A DNA stretch of 64,000 nt. Origin: Candidatus Aegiribacteria sp. (GTDB lineage: Bacteria; Fermentibacterota; Fermentibacteria; Fermentibacterales; JCC-6). The stretch is taken from the NCBI GenBank assembly GCA_023138735.1, contig JAGLOY010000001.1, positions 3,626-67,625 on the forward strand. The letters are read 5' to 3'. Below are positions 8,784 through 19,099 of this stretch, piece after piece. A program made the position numbers and the translations under genes. The notes under the pieces were generated by a model. That model searched no databases, was not told where the DNA came from, and saw only the letters and a program-made list of their open reading frames with translations. Positions within the stretch are counted from its first letter, which is position 1. Every line of letters starts with the position of its first letter.

Positions 8784-10997
8784 TCATCGCCTTTCGTATA
8801 TCCAGGCTGATCTTAGAACCTTCTTAACGTACATTCTGGTTTCCCTGTAGGTTATCTGCTCAATATACAATTCAGGATCGGAAGGATTCCAACCATGCAT
8901 GTCTACCCATCTTGCAGCATTACCGGGACCTGCATTGTAAGCCGCCAGGAACAGGGGGGTCTCGCCGTTGAAATTGCCGTACTGCCTGTTTATATACAGC
9001 GCACCATACGGAACAGATACAAATGGATCAAAAAAATCGTCAGTTTCAAGAAAGGGCAGCCCATACCATCTGGCAACATCGTATGCAGTACCTGGCATCA
9101 GCTGCACCACCCCCATGGCTCCCGCCCTGGAAACCACCAGGCGATCAAAATAACTCTCCTCCCTCATTATTCCCTGCAGTACGTCCGTATCGAGTGCGAG
9201 GGAATCGGTTGCCTCCGATGACAGATCTCTGAAAGGCGAGGGAAAATAGAAACACAGAAGGGAATCCGGAAGCATTTCATCTGAAGATTCTCTTAAATCA
9301 GTATCAAGAGCGCGGAGCAATCTCAGAACGCACCCGTGACGCCCCATCAGGGAGAGCGCGGCCGCCCGGGCTGCGGGGGAACCGATGGAGCCCTCGGAGA
9401 GCATTTCCACCGCTGCAGCACCGAAACCTGAAGCGGTCATTTCAACAGCAAGTGAACAGACAGCATTGTCCATCAGGTTAATTTCCTGCACAGGGAACCC
9501 ATTACCGTTCCGGATACCAAGCCTTCCGGCTGCCAGTAATCCATAAAACTCCCAGGGATGATCGAGGGCAACTGTGAGAAGAAGGGAATCCCGGAGATTG
9601 TCTCTTCCGAGCTCCCCCGCAAGTCTGGCCCTCCAGAAGAGCATCTCATCTCTCCAGTAACCTGCCGGCCACCTTTCGCACGAATGGGACCAGATGGAAT
9701 CCGCCTGGATGAACCTGCCTGACATGTAAAGGGAAAATCCGCCACGCCAGTGAGCCCTCTCGTCACCTCCCCATGACCCAGAGGTTCGGAGTGAGGTCAG
9801 ATACGCATCGGCAGCACTGTTCCATTCCTGTTCGCAATCAAAGTACTTGCCCGCATTGTAGGCGGCTTCCCGTGCAAATGGATGCCGGGAAAATTCAGCC
9901 GCGAATGCAAGATAGGCAGGGTAGAAAGCACTTCCGGGGCTTCCCGATCCTCTCAGTGCATGCGCCCTGAAAAGAGCTGCCCTTGCCCTGATCGAATCCG
10001 GATCCCCGGGACTTACACTGCCGGTGAGCTGAAGCAGCTCATTGTACTTCTCCTGCTGCAGAAGTACAGCCATCAAAGAGCCCGTTCTGTGCCATGAATC
10101 TCCTCTTCCTGAATAATCGAGGATAAGATCAACATCGCCCCGTTCAGCGAGACAGTCAACAATATCCCAGCGGGGGCTGTATTCCTCAGGATAACGCTGA
10201 AGTATCTCTTCTACCGCTATTGAACATGCTGATGTTCCGACACTCATGATACCATCCCAGTACTCGAAGGTGCCCGAATCGGTCATAGCCTGTATTTCGT
10301 GAAACAGAGACTCACTTCGGGGTGTCTGTGAGATCTCATTCAGGATTTCAACGATCCAGAACCCAGCCGAATCGGCAGATGCCTTCAGTTCTCTTAACAG
10401 AACATCCCTTACAGATGGAAAAAGTGTTTCGTACCCGACCAGAATAATCAGCATGTCAGGAGAAAGACTTTCGGGCACGGCAATATGCGCCAATGCAAAA
10501 ACATCTCCGGGAGTATGATCAGCGGGCAACTCGACCAGGCATTGAAGAGAATCGATCTCCCATGACAACCACGCGTACAGTGTTGACTGCCCGGGAGATA
10601 GATATAGAAGAGCTCTCTCGGGATTACCGGCAAGATCCAGAGCTGAAACTTTCCATCCGGTAAGTGGGCCAAAATTCTCCAGTTCGAGGCTGTCAAGGAG
10701 TGTTACGAACTCATCCTCCATCGCTCTGCCATGGTACAACCCCAGTATTCTGAACAGGATCTCATCCTGAAGTGTCGAATCCGTACTGAGCAGGCTCAGC
10801 AGGGAATCCAGCACAGGCTGAAATTCCCCCGCAAGATAGAGAGAATCAATTTGCGAAAATACATCCGCCCCGATTGCAGCCACCGGTTCAGAAGAGGGAA
10901 TACTCTCTTCATGAATGCGATTGCATGAAAACATGATCATGAACAGAGCTGTAATAAGCAGAAGATTTCTCAATTGAACAGCTCCGAATAGATCCAC
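8784..10997 (-). CDS. Slt70-like soluble lytic murein transglycosylase, paralogue 2
   Basis: C-terminal SLT domain GIMREESYFDRLVVSRAGAMGVVQLMPGTA ... AAYNAGPGNAARW, with a long alpha-superhelical N-terminal region. Possible lipobox LFMIMFSC. Confidence 0.85.
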   Translation of the reverse strand: MDLFGAVQLRNLLLITALFMIMFSCNRIHEESIPSSEPVAAIGADVFSQIDSLYLAGEFQPVLDSLLSLLSTDSTLQDEILFRILGLYHGRAMEDEFVTLLDSLELENFGPLTGWKVSALDLAGNPERALLYLSPGQSTLYAWLSWEIDSLQCLVELPADHTPGDVFALAHIAVPESLSPDMLIILVGYETLFPSVRDVLLRELKASADSAGFWIVEILNEISQTPRSESLFHEIQAMTDSGTFEYWDGIMSVGTSACSIAVEEILQRYPEEYSPRWDIVDCLAERGDVDLILDYSGRGDSWHRTGSLMAVLLQQEKYNELLQLTGSVSPGDPDSIRARAALFRAHALRGSGSPGSAFYPAYLAFAAEFSRHPFAREAAYNAGKYFDCEQEWNSAADAYLTSLRTSGSWGGDERAHWRGGFSLYMSGRFIQADSIWSHSCERWPAGYWRDEMLFWRARLAGELGRDNLRDSLLLTVALDHPWEFYGLLAAGRLGIRNGNGFPVQEINLMDNAVCSLAVEMTASGFGAAAVEMLSEGSIGSPAARAAALSLMGRHGCVLRLLRALDTDLRESSDEMLPDSLLCFYFPSPFRDLSSEATDSLALDTDVLQGIMREESYFDRLVVSRAGAMGVVQLMPGTAYDVARWYGLPFLETDDFFDPFVSVPYGALYINRQYGNFNGETPLFLAAYNAGPGNAARWVDMHGWNPSDPELYIEQITYRETRMYVKKVLRSAWIYERR

Positions 10998-13111
10998 GTA
11001 TTCGCCATCACATGCTTCACATAGCCCCTTGTCTCCGTGAGCGGTATCTGTTCAATGAATAATTCAGGGTCATCTTCCTCAAGGGGAAATGCCTCCATCC
11101 ATTTTGCGGCGTTTCCGGGGCCGGCATTGTAAGCGGCCAGCGCGAGAACCGATGAGCCGTTGAATGCAGAGAACTGCCTCGCAAGATATAGAGAACCGTA
11201 CTGTATGGATTTTTCCGGAACAAAAAAGTCGGATCCGGACAGTACCGGCAGACCGTACCACCTCGCAATATCGCCTGCAGTGCCAGGCATCAGCTGGATC
11301 AGTCCTGATGCGCCTACCCATGACCTGGCCCACCTGCTGAAATAACTCTCCTGGCGCATAAGGCCTGTCACTATGGCCTGCGGGATATCCAATCCTGCAA
11401 CGGTGCTTTGGGTCAGCTCTCTGTAGGGCGCCGGGAAGTAAAAGCTAAGCAGGTTTTCAGGAAGAATGCCTATGTTCCCGCTTCTCAGCTGGAAATCCAG
11501 TGCGCGAAGCAGAGTTAGTGTACTGTGATGGCAGCCCATGAGAGAAAGCGCCGCGGAACTGGTTTCCGGACCGCTCAGTTCAGTATCTGACAGCATGGAA
11601 GAGGCCATCGAGCCGTATCCACGGGACATCATATCAAGCGCTTCAGCAGTAACTGCGTTTCCGAGCAGGTTGATTTCCGGTGCTTCTATTCTGAGATAGT
11701 CTGACCCGGTTCTTTCCGCAGCAAGCAGGCCGTAGAATTCCCACGGGTGCCTTCCTGCAGTTTCAAGAAGCAGCTCGCTCTCCCTCCCCGCATCACCAAT
11801 TCTGTTTGCGTACCTGGCCTTCCAGAACAACATCTCATCGCACCAGGCGGAGAACGGGTATTTCTCTATTCCCGCGGTCCAGATGGAATCACCTGTACTG
11901 CCTCTTCCGCACATATAATGACAGAATCCCCCTCTCCAGTGGGCTCTGGCTGCGCCGAAATCCCCGGAGGAGAGTGCCGCCATATAGGCATCGGCTGCGG
12001 CGGGCCAGTTCCGCTCTGAATCGAAGTACCTTGCTGCAAGATAGGCAGCTTCAGATGCCTTGTCATCCCATGGGTACGCATGAGCATATGCAAGGTAACT
12101 TCCATAGAATTCGTCGGGAGGCCGCTGGAGAGCTCTTAAAGCTCTGGCTCGAAAGAGGGCAGCCCTTGCACATAGAGAATCAGGCATATCCGGCGGTATG
12201 GAATCGCATAGCGCAAGAAGCTGCCCGTGCTGGGCGGTCTCCCTCAGGATTGCCATTGATACACCGGTTGCGAAGGAGATATCATGAGAAGCTGCAGCAA
12301 TACTATCCGCAAGGGAGATACGGCCGCCCCCTGCAAGTATATCCGCTATCAGCCAGGATCTTCCCCATTTATCCGGATCGATTCTCAGAAGCATTAAGGC
12401 AGCAGTGAGTGACACTTCATCACCGAGGTCAAGGCGCGACTCCCAGGTTTCAGCGGAACCCCGAACCAGATGCATATCCCTTGCGGCAGAAAGTCTGTCG
12501 AGTCTGCCGCTCTCATGCACCAGGGAGAGATCAACGGCAATTCCGTCCCACCAGGGACCTTCGGTTTCAAGAGAGATTTCAAGCTCATCTATGACCTCAT
12601 CCCCGAGGAATCCTAAAAGGGCAGCATCCAGAACGGTCTGCTCCATCTGTCCTTTGCTCATCCTGCCATCCGTACAGATCAGAGCTCTGACAGCCCGTTC
12701 TGCAAGACAGTCAGGCGCCGGAAGAATACCTGATGCGGGTACTTCTCCCGATTCTCTCTGGAGCCATAACCGCAGCAGAATATCATCTGGCGGCACCAGT
12801 GCCAGGGCTTCATCGGACCTTCTGGAGAGGTCGAGAAGGGATACTTTCCACCCGTAGAGGTTCTCGCCGGATTCCTGCCCGATACTGTCAAGCAGCTCGA
12901 TACAATCGTCTTCCCTGCCCACTGCATGATAAAGACCTGCGAGCCTGTACAGAATGACATTCTGAGGAATATCATCTTCCCTGAGAAGCTCAAGGAGTTC
13001 CGAAACAGCCCGTTCATTCATCCCTGAAAGGATGAACGAATCCGCACGCTGGAGAGATGCGGACATTAATGGCAGCGATACAGTCAGGAGTAATAGAAGA
13101 AGTCTGAACAT
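10970..13111 (-). CDS. Slt70-like soluble lytic murein transglycosylase, paralogue 1
   Basis: SLT domain GLMRQESYFSRWARSWVGASGLIQLMPGTA ... AAYNAGPGNAAKW. Signal peptide MFRLLLLLLTVSLPLMSA. Same architecture as the downstream gene. Confidence 0.85.
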   Translation of the reverse strand: MFRLLLLLLTVSLPLMSASLQRADSFILSGMNERAVSELLELLREDDIPQNVILYRLAGLYHAVGREDDCIELLDSIGQESGENLYGWKVSLLDLSRRSDEALALVPPDDILLRLWLQRESGEVPASGILPAPDCLAERAVRALICTDGRMSKGQMEQTVLDAALLGFLGDEVIDELEISLETEGPWWDGIAVDLSLVHESGRLDRLSAARDMHLVRGSAETWESRLDLGDEVSLTAALMLLRIDPDKWGRSWLIADILAGGGRISLADSIAAASHDISFATGVSMAILRETAQHGQLLALCDSIPPDMPDSLCARAALFRARALRALQRPPDEFYGSYLAYAHAYPWDDKASEAAYLAARYFDSERNWPAAADAYMAALSSGDFGAARAHWRGGFCHYMCGRGSTGDSIWTAGIEKYPFSAWCDEMLFWKARYANRIGDAGRESELLLETAGRHPWEFYGLLAAERTGSDYLRIEAPEINLLGNAVTAEALDMMSRGYGSMASSMLSDTELSGPETSSAALSLMGCHHSTLTLLRALDFQLRSGNIGILPENLLSFYFPAPYRELTQSTVAGLDIPQAIVTGLMRQESYFSRWARSWVGASGLIQLMPGTAGDIARWYGLPVLSGSDFFVPEKSIQYGSLYLARQFSAFNGSSVLALAAYNAGPGNAAKWMEAFPLEEDDPELFIEQIPLTETRGYVKHVMANTWIYSELFN

Positions 13112-13127
13112 TTATTTATCCATCCTG

Positions 13128-14609
13128 CTAGTGTCTGAAGTGCCTGGTTCCTGTGAATACCATGGTCATGCCATGCTTGTTCACAGCATCGATAACTTCC
13201 TCATCCCGTATGGATCCTCCCGGCTGCACTATGGCGGCAATTCCCTCTTCGGCAGCTTTGTCAGGACCGTCTCTGAACGGAAAAAAACCATCGGAAGCGA
13301 GTACCGCTCCTGCAAGGGAATGCCCCTCCCTTTTAGCCTTTCTGACGGCAAGGTCAAGGCTTTCAATCCTGCTCATCTGGCCTGCCCCCACTCCAAGGGT
13401 ACCCATGCTGTCACCTATTACAATTGCGTTGCTTTTAACTGACCGGCATACCCTCCAGAGAATATCCATTGCATCCAGTTCCTGCTTCGAAGGCTGGCGC
13501 AACGAGACTACATTCACCTCTTCGAGACCACTGACAGGATCGGTGTCCTGATATAGAAATCCTCCGTTGATGCTTCTGACCTGTCTTCCATTTTCCGTGC
13601 CGTCCGGCAGTCTCAGGATTCTCAGCTTCTTCCTTTTCTGAAGCCGCAGCAGAGCATCGGAATCGAATGAAGGGGCCATTACTATTTCCAGGAACATTCC
13701 TTTAAGCCCGGCGACAAGTTCCATATCAACATTGCAGTTCATGGCGAGTATCCCGCCGTATGGCGAAACACTGTCAGCCCTGAAAGCATTATCGAAAGCT
13801 GCCTTGGGTGTGTTTCCCCTTCCGGCACCACAGGGATTACCATGTTTCATAAGGACAGCAGAAGGGGAACCTTCCGGCATCTCCAGAGCAAGATCCCATG
13901 CGGCTGTTGCATCCAGATAATTGTTGTAGCTCAAGTTTTTCCCGCCCAGTATCTCCGCACTTCCAAAGCCTCGTCTGGGCCATGTGAAGTGCACTACAGC
14001 CGATTGATGAGGGTTCTCGCCGTATCGAAGCTCGGGAACAAATCCTCTTTCCATGCTGAGCGAGATGTCAAGATCGTAACGAGATGTAATATCGAATGTT
14101 CTTGATGCGATCATTCTTCTGAATTCTTCATCATCCGCACCTTTGGAAATCACCTCAAGCACTTCGGGAAAGACATCGCATCCAACAGCTGATATGACGT
14201 GGCGCCAGTTCTTTGCGGCGGCACGGGCCATTGTGGGGCCGCCTATATCAATGAATTCGACCAGTTCGGGATCATCCGCTTCCATTCCAACCGTTTTTTC
14301 GAAAGGATAGAAATCGACAGCCACCAGATCAAATACCGGTTTGCCTTCCCTGATTCTGTCTGCTCTGTCTTCTCCAGCTGCAAGGATAGAAGCATGAAGT
14401 TCGGGATGAAGGGTTTTCACCCTCCCGCCAAGCAGTGAGCTTATGCCGGTTATTTCCTCGGTCGGGATCACATCGATTCCGGTTTTCTCAATATGTTCCG
14501 CAGTTCCTCCGGATGCGTATATCTTCCATCCCAGGCCGGAAAGCCCGGTGGCCAGCTTATCCAGATTTTTCTTGTTCCATGCACTGATCAGCGCGGTTTT
14601 ATCAGCCAT
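13128..14609 (-). CDS. purH: Bifunctional AICAR transformylase / IMP cyclohydrolase
   Basis: MGS-like N-terminus ALISAWNKKNL..ASGGTA..GGRVKTLHPELHASILA, and an AICARFT domain ending VQPGGSIRDEEVI..MVFTGTRHFRH. Confidence 0.95.
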   Translation of the reverse strand: MADKTALISAWNKKNLDKLATGLSGLGWKIYASGGTAEHIEKTGIDVIPTEEITGISSLLGGRVKTLHPELHASILAAGEDRADRIREGKPVFDLVAVDFYPFEKTVGMEADDPELVEFIDIGGPTMARAAAKNWRHVISAVGCDVFPEVLEVISKGADDEEFRRMIASRTFDITSRYDLDISLSMERGFVPELRYGENPHQSAVVHFTWPRRGFGSAEILGGKNLSYNNYLDATAAWDLALEMPEGSPSAVLMKHGNPCGAGRGNTPKAAFDNAFRADSVSPYGGILAMNCNVDMELVAGLKGMFLEIVMAPSFDSDALLRLQKRKKLRILRLPDGTENGRQVRSINGGFLYQDTDPVSGLEEVNVVSLRQPSKQELDAMDILWRVCRSVKSNAIVIGDSMGTLGVGAGQMSRIESLDLAVRKAKREGHSLAGAVLASDGFFPFRDGPDKAAEEGIAAIVQPGGSIRDEEVIDAVNKHGMTMVFTGTRHFRH

Positions 14610-15345
14610 TATCCTCCATCCATTTCCTGGCGTTGAAATATACTATCGGATTACGTTTATGTTCCGTGGACTTAACCATCTTTTGTATACTTGCTGCTGC
14701 TGACTCGGAGATGTTCCCGCCATCGAAATATGCCCTGATATCCAGGTAGGATACTCCCATTTCCTGCTCATCACTCTGCCCCTGCCAGAGACCGGCGGAC
14801 GGTACCCGGTCGATAACCCACCGGGGAAGCCCCAGGACGACGGCAAGTTCTCTTACCTCATCTTTGTACAATCCGGCAATTGGAAGAAGATCGGCAGCTC
14901 CATCCCCCCACTTCGTCCAGTAACCGACAAGTATCTCCGAGTAATTACTTGTTCCCAGAACAAGCCTTCCAGTAGAATGAGCGTACAGCATAGCCATTCT
15001 CAAGCGTGATTTGATGTTCGCAATATTCAATACGGATGTATCATCAAGATCGCCGGTAAAGGCCTGGAGAACGGGGGTGAGATCGATTGTCCTGTGTCTT
15101 ACTCCAAGATGCTCTGCTATCTTAATACCGTCATCAGTATCCGATTGCATGCTCGCGCAGGGCATTATCAATCCAAGTACATCCTCAGTTCCGAGGGCTC
15201 CGGCACACAGAGCGGCTGAGACCGCGGAGTCCAGTCCACCGCTCAGACCGACAACCACACCGCTCACGGATGCTTCCGAAACTGTCTTGTTTATCCATTC
15301 CTCAATCGAATCTGCCAGCCCCCTGTAATCAATTGTCCGATTCAT
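14602..15345 (-). CDS. nadE: NH3-dependent NAD+ synthetase
   Basis: PP-loop motif GLSGGLDSAV. 247 aa with family-typical length and C-terminus. 8-nt overlap with purH. Confidence 0.9.
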   Translation of the reverse strand: MNRTIDYRGLADSIEEWINKTVSEASVSGVVVGLSGGLDSAVSAALCAGALGTEDVLGLIMPCASMQSDTDDGIKIAEHLGVRHRTIDLTPVLQAFTGDLDDTSVLNIANIKSRLRMAMLYAHSTGRLVLGTSNYSEILVGYWTKWGDGAADLLPIAGLYKDEVRELAVVLGLPRWVIDRVPSAGLWQGQSDEQEMGVSYLDIRAYFDGGNISESAAASIQKMVKSTEHKRNPIVYFNARKWMEDNG

Positions 15346-15348
15346 TAT

Positions 15349-17412
15349 TTATTCCCTGACAGGTTTCAGTGATAGTTTTCTTGCCATCGGGTCAACTGCG
15401 AGAACCTCGACTTTCAGGAATGTACCCTCATGATAGGGTCCGCCGGACTCGGTGAAGGGAATTCCAGCTCGCAGAATTTCAGATCTATGCGCCAGCCCTT
15501 CGACCGGTACACCTTCAAGTCTTACGAAAACACCGAAGTCCTTTACACCGGTAACCACTCCATTGAAGACAACTCCGATATTCCTTGAAAGAAAAAGCAT
15601 TGCCATGAGTTCGTCAGCTTCCCTCTCCGCACTCTCAGCATTGTCCTCAGCTGCATTGGATGTCTCGGCAACTACAGCAGGACCGAAATCCAGGAGAGGG
15701 ATATCACCCTTCTCCTGCATAGCCAGTACCTGGTGAACAATAAGGTCAGGGTAGCGGCGGATAGGGCTTGTGAAATGAAGGTAACTCCGCAGTGCCAGTC
15801 CGAAGTGCCCCGTGTTCGACGGCAGGTAGACAGCTTTCTGCATCGACCTGAGGATATATTCAACCGCGAGATCATACAGGGGTGAATCCCTGAGACTGTC
15901 CAGGATCTTTTTCAGAACGGAAGGATTGTGCACTTTGCCCCCGGGAAGGGAGATATCAAGCATTTCAAGCTGCCGCACAAGACGCTCCTCGGATATTTCT
16001 ACAGGCTCGTCATGTACTCTGAAGAGAACGGGCAGGTCCGACCACATGCAGTGATCGGCAACGGCTCTGTTGGCTTCCACCATGAAATTCTCGATCAATC
16101 TGTGTGCCCTGTCCGAAGGAACGGGTTTGAAACCCTCCGGCCAGCCGTCCTCACCGAAAACAACCCGGTATTCGCTGCTCCCGAGGTCAAGAGCACCCCT
16201 GTTTTCCCGGAGGGTATCAAGGTCCGCGGAAAGAACCCCCATAGATTCAAACAACTGCCGGAGGTTTTCTTCGGTTCCGTTACCCTCCAGATAATCAAGA
16301 GCTTCTTCGTAGGTCATCCTTCTGTCCGAACGGATAACGGATGGAACTATGGAAAAATCCTGGCGCTCACCTGATCTGTCGAACTTCATCACAACGGTTC
16401 TCGTTGGTCTTTCTTCATCAGGTTTCAGGCTGCAGGCACCGTTGGAGAGTACCTGCGGAATCATCGGCAGCACCCTGTCCGGAAGGTATACACTTGTCCC
16501 TCTGAGTCTAGCTTCATTATCAAGCCCGCTGCCTGGCGCAACGTAATGAGCAACATCCGCTATATGCACATAGAGCGTCCTGACACCGTCCTCGATCACC
16601 AGTGAAACGGCATCATCAAAATCCTTCGCATCCACAGGGTCGATGGTTATGGTGAAAAGCTCGCGAAAATCCTCTCTTCCGTTCAGAACCCAGGGCTCGG
16701 AAGCAAGCTCTTCCGCCATTGAAAGCAGATTCTCCGGAAACTCATCGTGAAAACCATGATCAAGCACCACCGAATCGATCAATGCCCGGGGAGAAGTCGG
16801 GCTGCCGAGATCTTTCTTAAGTTCGGCAGTCAGCTTCTTTCCGGAGTAGTCCAGCGTCGCGAAGACAAGCCTTCCCTGCGATATATCGGTATCGGAAATG
16901 GTACTGAGCGGTATTTCCCTTGGAAGAACAGGATTAACCGGATCTATCACCCATTTTCTTCCCTTTTTCCTTGCTATTCCGCTTAAACCCGCTCTTCTGC
17001 GTTTGATGACGGTCTCTATCTTTCCCCTGTAGCGACCCTCTCCCGGAAGGGATTCAAGCTTACGGGCCATAACAAGATCACCATCAAGCGAGCCCGATGT
17101 GTTGCGGGCATCGATATCGATCCTCTCCCCTTCAGTCTTAACAAAACCGCTTCCATTCGCACGAATGACTATGGTCCCGGCTGATATTCCCAGTTCGGAA
17201 GGAAGCGCATATCGCCTGTCCCCAGCGGGCCATAGCAGTCCTTTCTCCACGAGTTGCTCCACTGCAGCCCCGAGATCAGGGTGCACACCTTCCAGCTTTG
17301 CGGCGATCTGCTGGAAAGTCAGCCTGGATGAGGGTTCGCTCTGAAAAAGCTCGAGCACAGCATCCAGCGCTTCGGCATTCGACCCGGAAACTACTGACTT
17401 GTCGAGGGGCAT
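15349..17412 (-). CDS. rnr: Ribonuclease R
   Basis: RNB catalytic domain (ITIDPVDAKDFDDAVS, HFGLALRSYLHFTSPIRRYPDL) and C-terminal S1 domain (GVVTGVKDFGVFVRLEG). I place the start at ATG 17412 (MPLDKS..), 1 nt after the upstream stop and behind GGAGGA, rather than the track start at 17481. Confidence 0.9.
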   Translation of the reverse strand: MPLDKSVVSGSNAEALDAVLELFQSEPSSRLTFQQIAAKLEGVHPDLGAAVEQLVEKGLLWPAGDRRYALPSELGISAGTIVIRANGSGFVKTEGERIDIDARNTSGSLDGDLVMARKLESLPGEGRYRGKIETVIKRRRAGLSGIARKKGRKWVIDPVNPVLPREIPLSTISDTDISQGRLVFATLDYSGKKLTAELKKDLGSPTSPRALIDSVVLDHGFHDEFPENLLSMAEELASEPWVLNGREDFRELFTITIDPVDAKDFDDAVSLVIEDGVRTLYVHIADVAHYVAPGSGLDNEARLRGTSVYLPDRVLPMIPQVLSNGACSLKPDEERPTRTVVMKFDRSGERQDFSIVPSVIRSDRRMTYEEALDYLEGNGTEENLRQLFESMGVLSADLDTLRENRGALDLGSSEYRVVFGEDGWPEGFKPVPSDRAHRLIENFMVEANRAVADHCMWSDLPVLFRVHDEPVEISEERLVRQLEMLDISLPGGKVHNPSVLKKILDSLRDSPLYDLAVEYILRSMQKAVYLPSNTGHFGLALRSYLHFTSPIRRYPDLIVHQVLAMQEKGDIPLLDFGPAVVAETSNAAEDNAESAEREADELMAMLFLSRNIGVVFNGVVTGVKDFGVFVRLEGVPVEGLAHRSEILRAGIPFTESGGPYHEGTFLKVEVLAVDPMARKLSLKPVRE

Positions 17413-17413
17413 T

Positions 17414-18430
17414 TCAGATATCCTCCTTATCGATCGGTACAAGAAGAGAAATGGATCCGCCTTCACTGTTCCAGGCTCCAAGCCTGAATGTGAGCTTTGC
17501 CGTAACGGCTATCAGTGCGGCCCGGTTCAGCAGATCAGCAGCGGAATCCATGCTATTTGGGCAGAGTCCGGAACTCTTAGAAGAGGAGTTCCAGTTTAGT
17601 CTGAATTCCACTGCTTCCTCCTGCGGGGATACTGACATTTCTATCGATCCGCAGCCGTTAACCGATATTGTGGCAGCAGCAGCGATCAACCCTGTCAGAA
17701 GGTTCATCAGGTTTTTTCTGACAGGTATCTTCCCGGGCATGCCGCCCTTCTCTTCGTATGTGAATTTAACTGAAGTCCCGCTGGACATCCGGGTGAGTTC
17801 CAGTACGTCCGTCTCGTTACCGGAAGTCCATTCACTCTCGTCATCATCAGGCATGGAATAAACGGATAACCTTTCGAGGAAACTCCTGAGTTCATCCGTA
17901 GCTTCAAGAGCGATGGAGAGCTTTTTCGAAGCTTTATCGGTTCTGCCGCTGTGAAATTCAGCAAGTTCTATATTCCCCATTATCCGCGCAAGGATATTGT
18001 TCATGTTGTGAATGAAAAACGGTAGAAGAGAACCGGTTCTTTCCCACAGGATACAATTCAGGCTCGCTGCGGAATCCGCATGCATGCCGGCAGAACATGC
18101 CATTCTCCTGAGTAATTCAAGGGTGAAATCGCTCCGATGAAGGAGTATGGGAAACCCGATTCCGGCATCCGGCGCGAAAGTGAGAATAGCAGCTGAGGGA
18201 ACAGCTGAAGAAAGAAAATCCCTTCCAGCCTCCCGGTACAAATTCTCAAGTTCCTGACTATCAGCGGGGCAGAAGACTCCGAAGATCATTCTTCCGGGAC
18301 CGTCATACTTCTCAAGATCATTCAGAAGTACACATGGGAATGGAATTCTGTCATTGATCCATTTGTATATTTCTTCTCTTCTACTGCCCCACAGAACAAC
18401 GGCCCCCGGTCTGCCTGCATCCATAATCAC
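17414..18430 (-). CDS. Histidine-kinase-like protein with an H-box but degenerate ATP-binding motifs (possible pseudokinase)
   Basis: H-box FFIHNMNNILARIMGNIELAEF resembles HDFNNLL-type HisKA. The C-terminal region ends like HATPase_c (AWNSEGGSISLLVPI), but I see no N-box Asn or DxGxG/GxGLG boxes. Confidence 0.5.
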   Translation of the reverse strand: MIMDAGRPGAVVLWGSRREEIYKWINDRIPFPCVLLNDLEKYDGPGRMIFGVFCPADSQELENLYREAGRDFLSSAVPSAAILTFAPDAGIGFPILLHRSDFTLELLRRMACSAGMHADSAASLNCILWERTGSLLPFFIHNMNNILARIMGNIELAEFHSGRTDKASKKLSIALEATDELRSFLERLSVYSMPDDDESEWTSGNETDVLELTRMSSGTSVKFTYEEKGGMPGKIPVRKNLMNLLTGLIAAAATISVNGCGSIEMSVSPQEEAVEFRLNWNSSSKSSGLCPNSMDSAADLLNRAALIAVTAKLTFRLGAWNSEGGSISLLVPIDKEDI

Positions 18431-18442
18431 TCTCTTCCTTTT

Positions 18443-19096
18443 CTACTCTCTGCGCGGTTTCACAAGCGGTACGAATCTTACCGGAAGGGATTCCCTCATT
18501 ACCAGATCATCGCCGTTCCTGGTTATGGATATCAATCTCTGAGACCAGTCTCCCAGAGGTATAACCAGCCTGCCGCCCAAAGGATTCAGCTGATCCTCAA
18601 GCCCGTCTGGCATTCGCGCAGGAGCAGCGGATACGATTATGCAGTCGTACGGGGCTGCAGGTGTCCATCCATTGTATCCGTCTGCCACGATGAACCTGAT
18701 ATCCGCCCCGGGAAGAATGGCAAGAACTGCCTTTCTTGCATTTACTGCCAGGTCCGGCAGCAGCTCAATTGTAACCACTTTCATTCCCATTGCAGCGAGG
18801 ATAGCTGTCTGATAACCTGAGCCTGTTCCTATTTCGAGAACACTGTTTCCCGGTTCACATTCAAGCATCTGAAGCATGAAAGCAACGATGTAGGGCTGTG
18901 ATACCGTCTGTCCGAGTCCAATGGGCAGGGGATGATTGCCGTACGCGTTAACAAGATTTATACGGGGGGGAACGAAATCCTCCCTTGGTATTTTCATGAA
19001 GGCATTGAGAATGCGCTCGTCTACAATTCCAACGTCCGCAAGATCTCTATTTACCATTCTCAAGCGAAGGATGGCAGATGACGATTCAGAATTCAA
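18443..19096 (-). CDS. pcm: Protein-L-isoaspartate O-methyltransferase
   Basis: GQTVSQPYIVAFMLQML and the SAM motif VLEIGTGSGYQTAILA. 217 aa. Confidence 0.92.
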   Translation of the reverse strand: MNSESSSAILRLRMVNRDLADVGIVDERILNAFMKIPREDFVPPRINLVNAYGNHPLPIGLGQTVSQPYIVAFMLQMLECEPGNSVLEIGTGSGYQTAILAAMGMKVVTIELLPDLAVNARKAVLAILPGADIRFIVADGYNGWTPAAPYDCIIVSAAPARMPDGLEDQLNPLGGRLVIPLGDWSQRLISITRNGDDLVMRESLPVRFVPLVKPRRE

Positions 19097-19099
19097 GGA

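Noticed and set aside
17413-17481. 23-codon N-terminal extension of RNase R overlapping the upstream gene.
   Set aside because: ATG 17412 follows GGAGGA and the upstream stop by 1 nt, and it gives a typical RNase R HTH start. The extension has no homology value.
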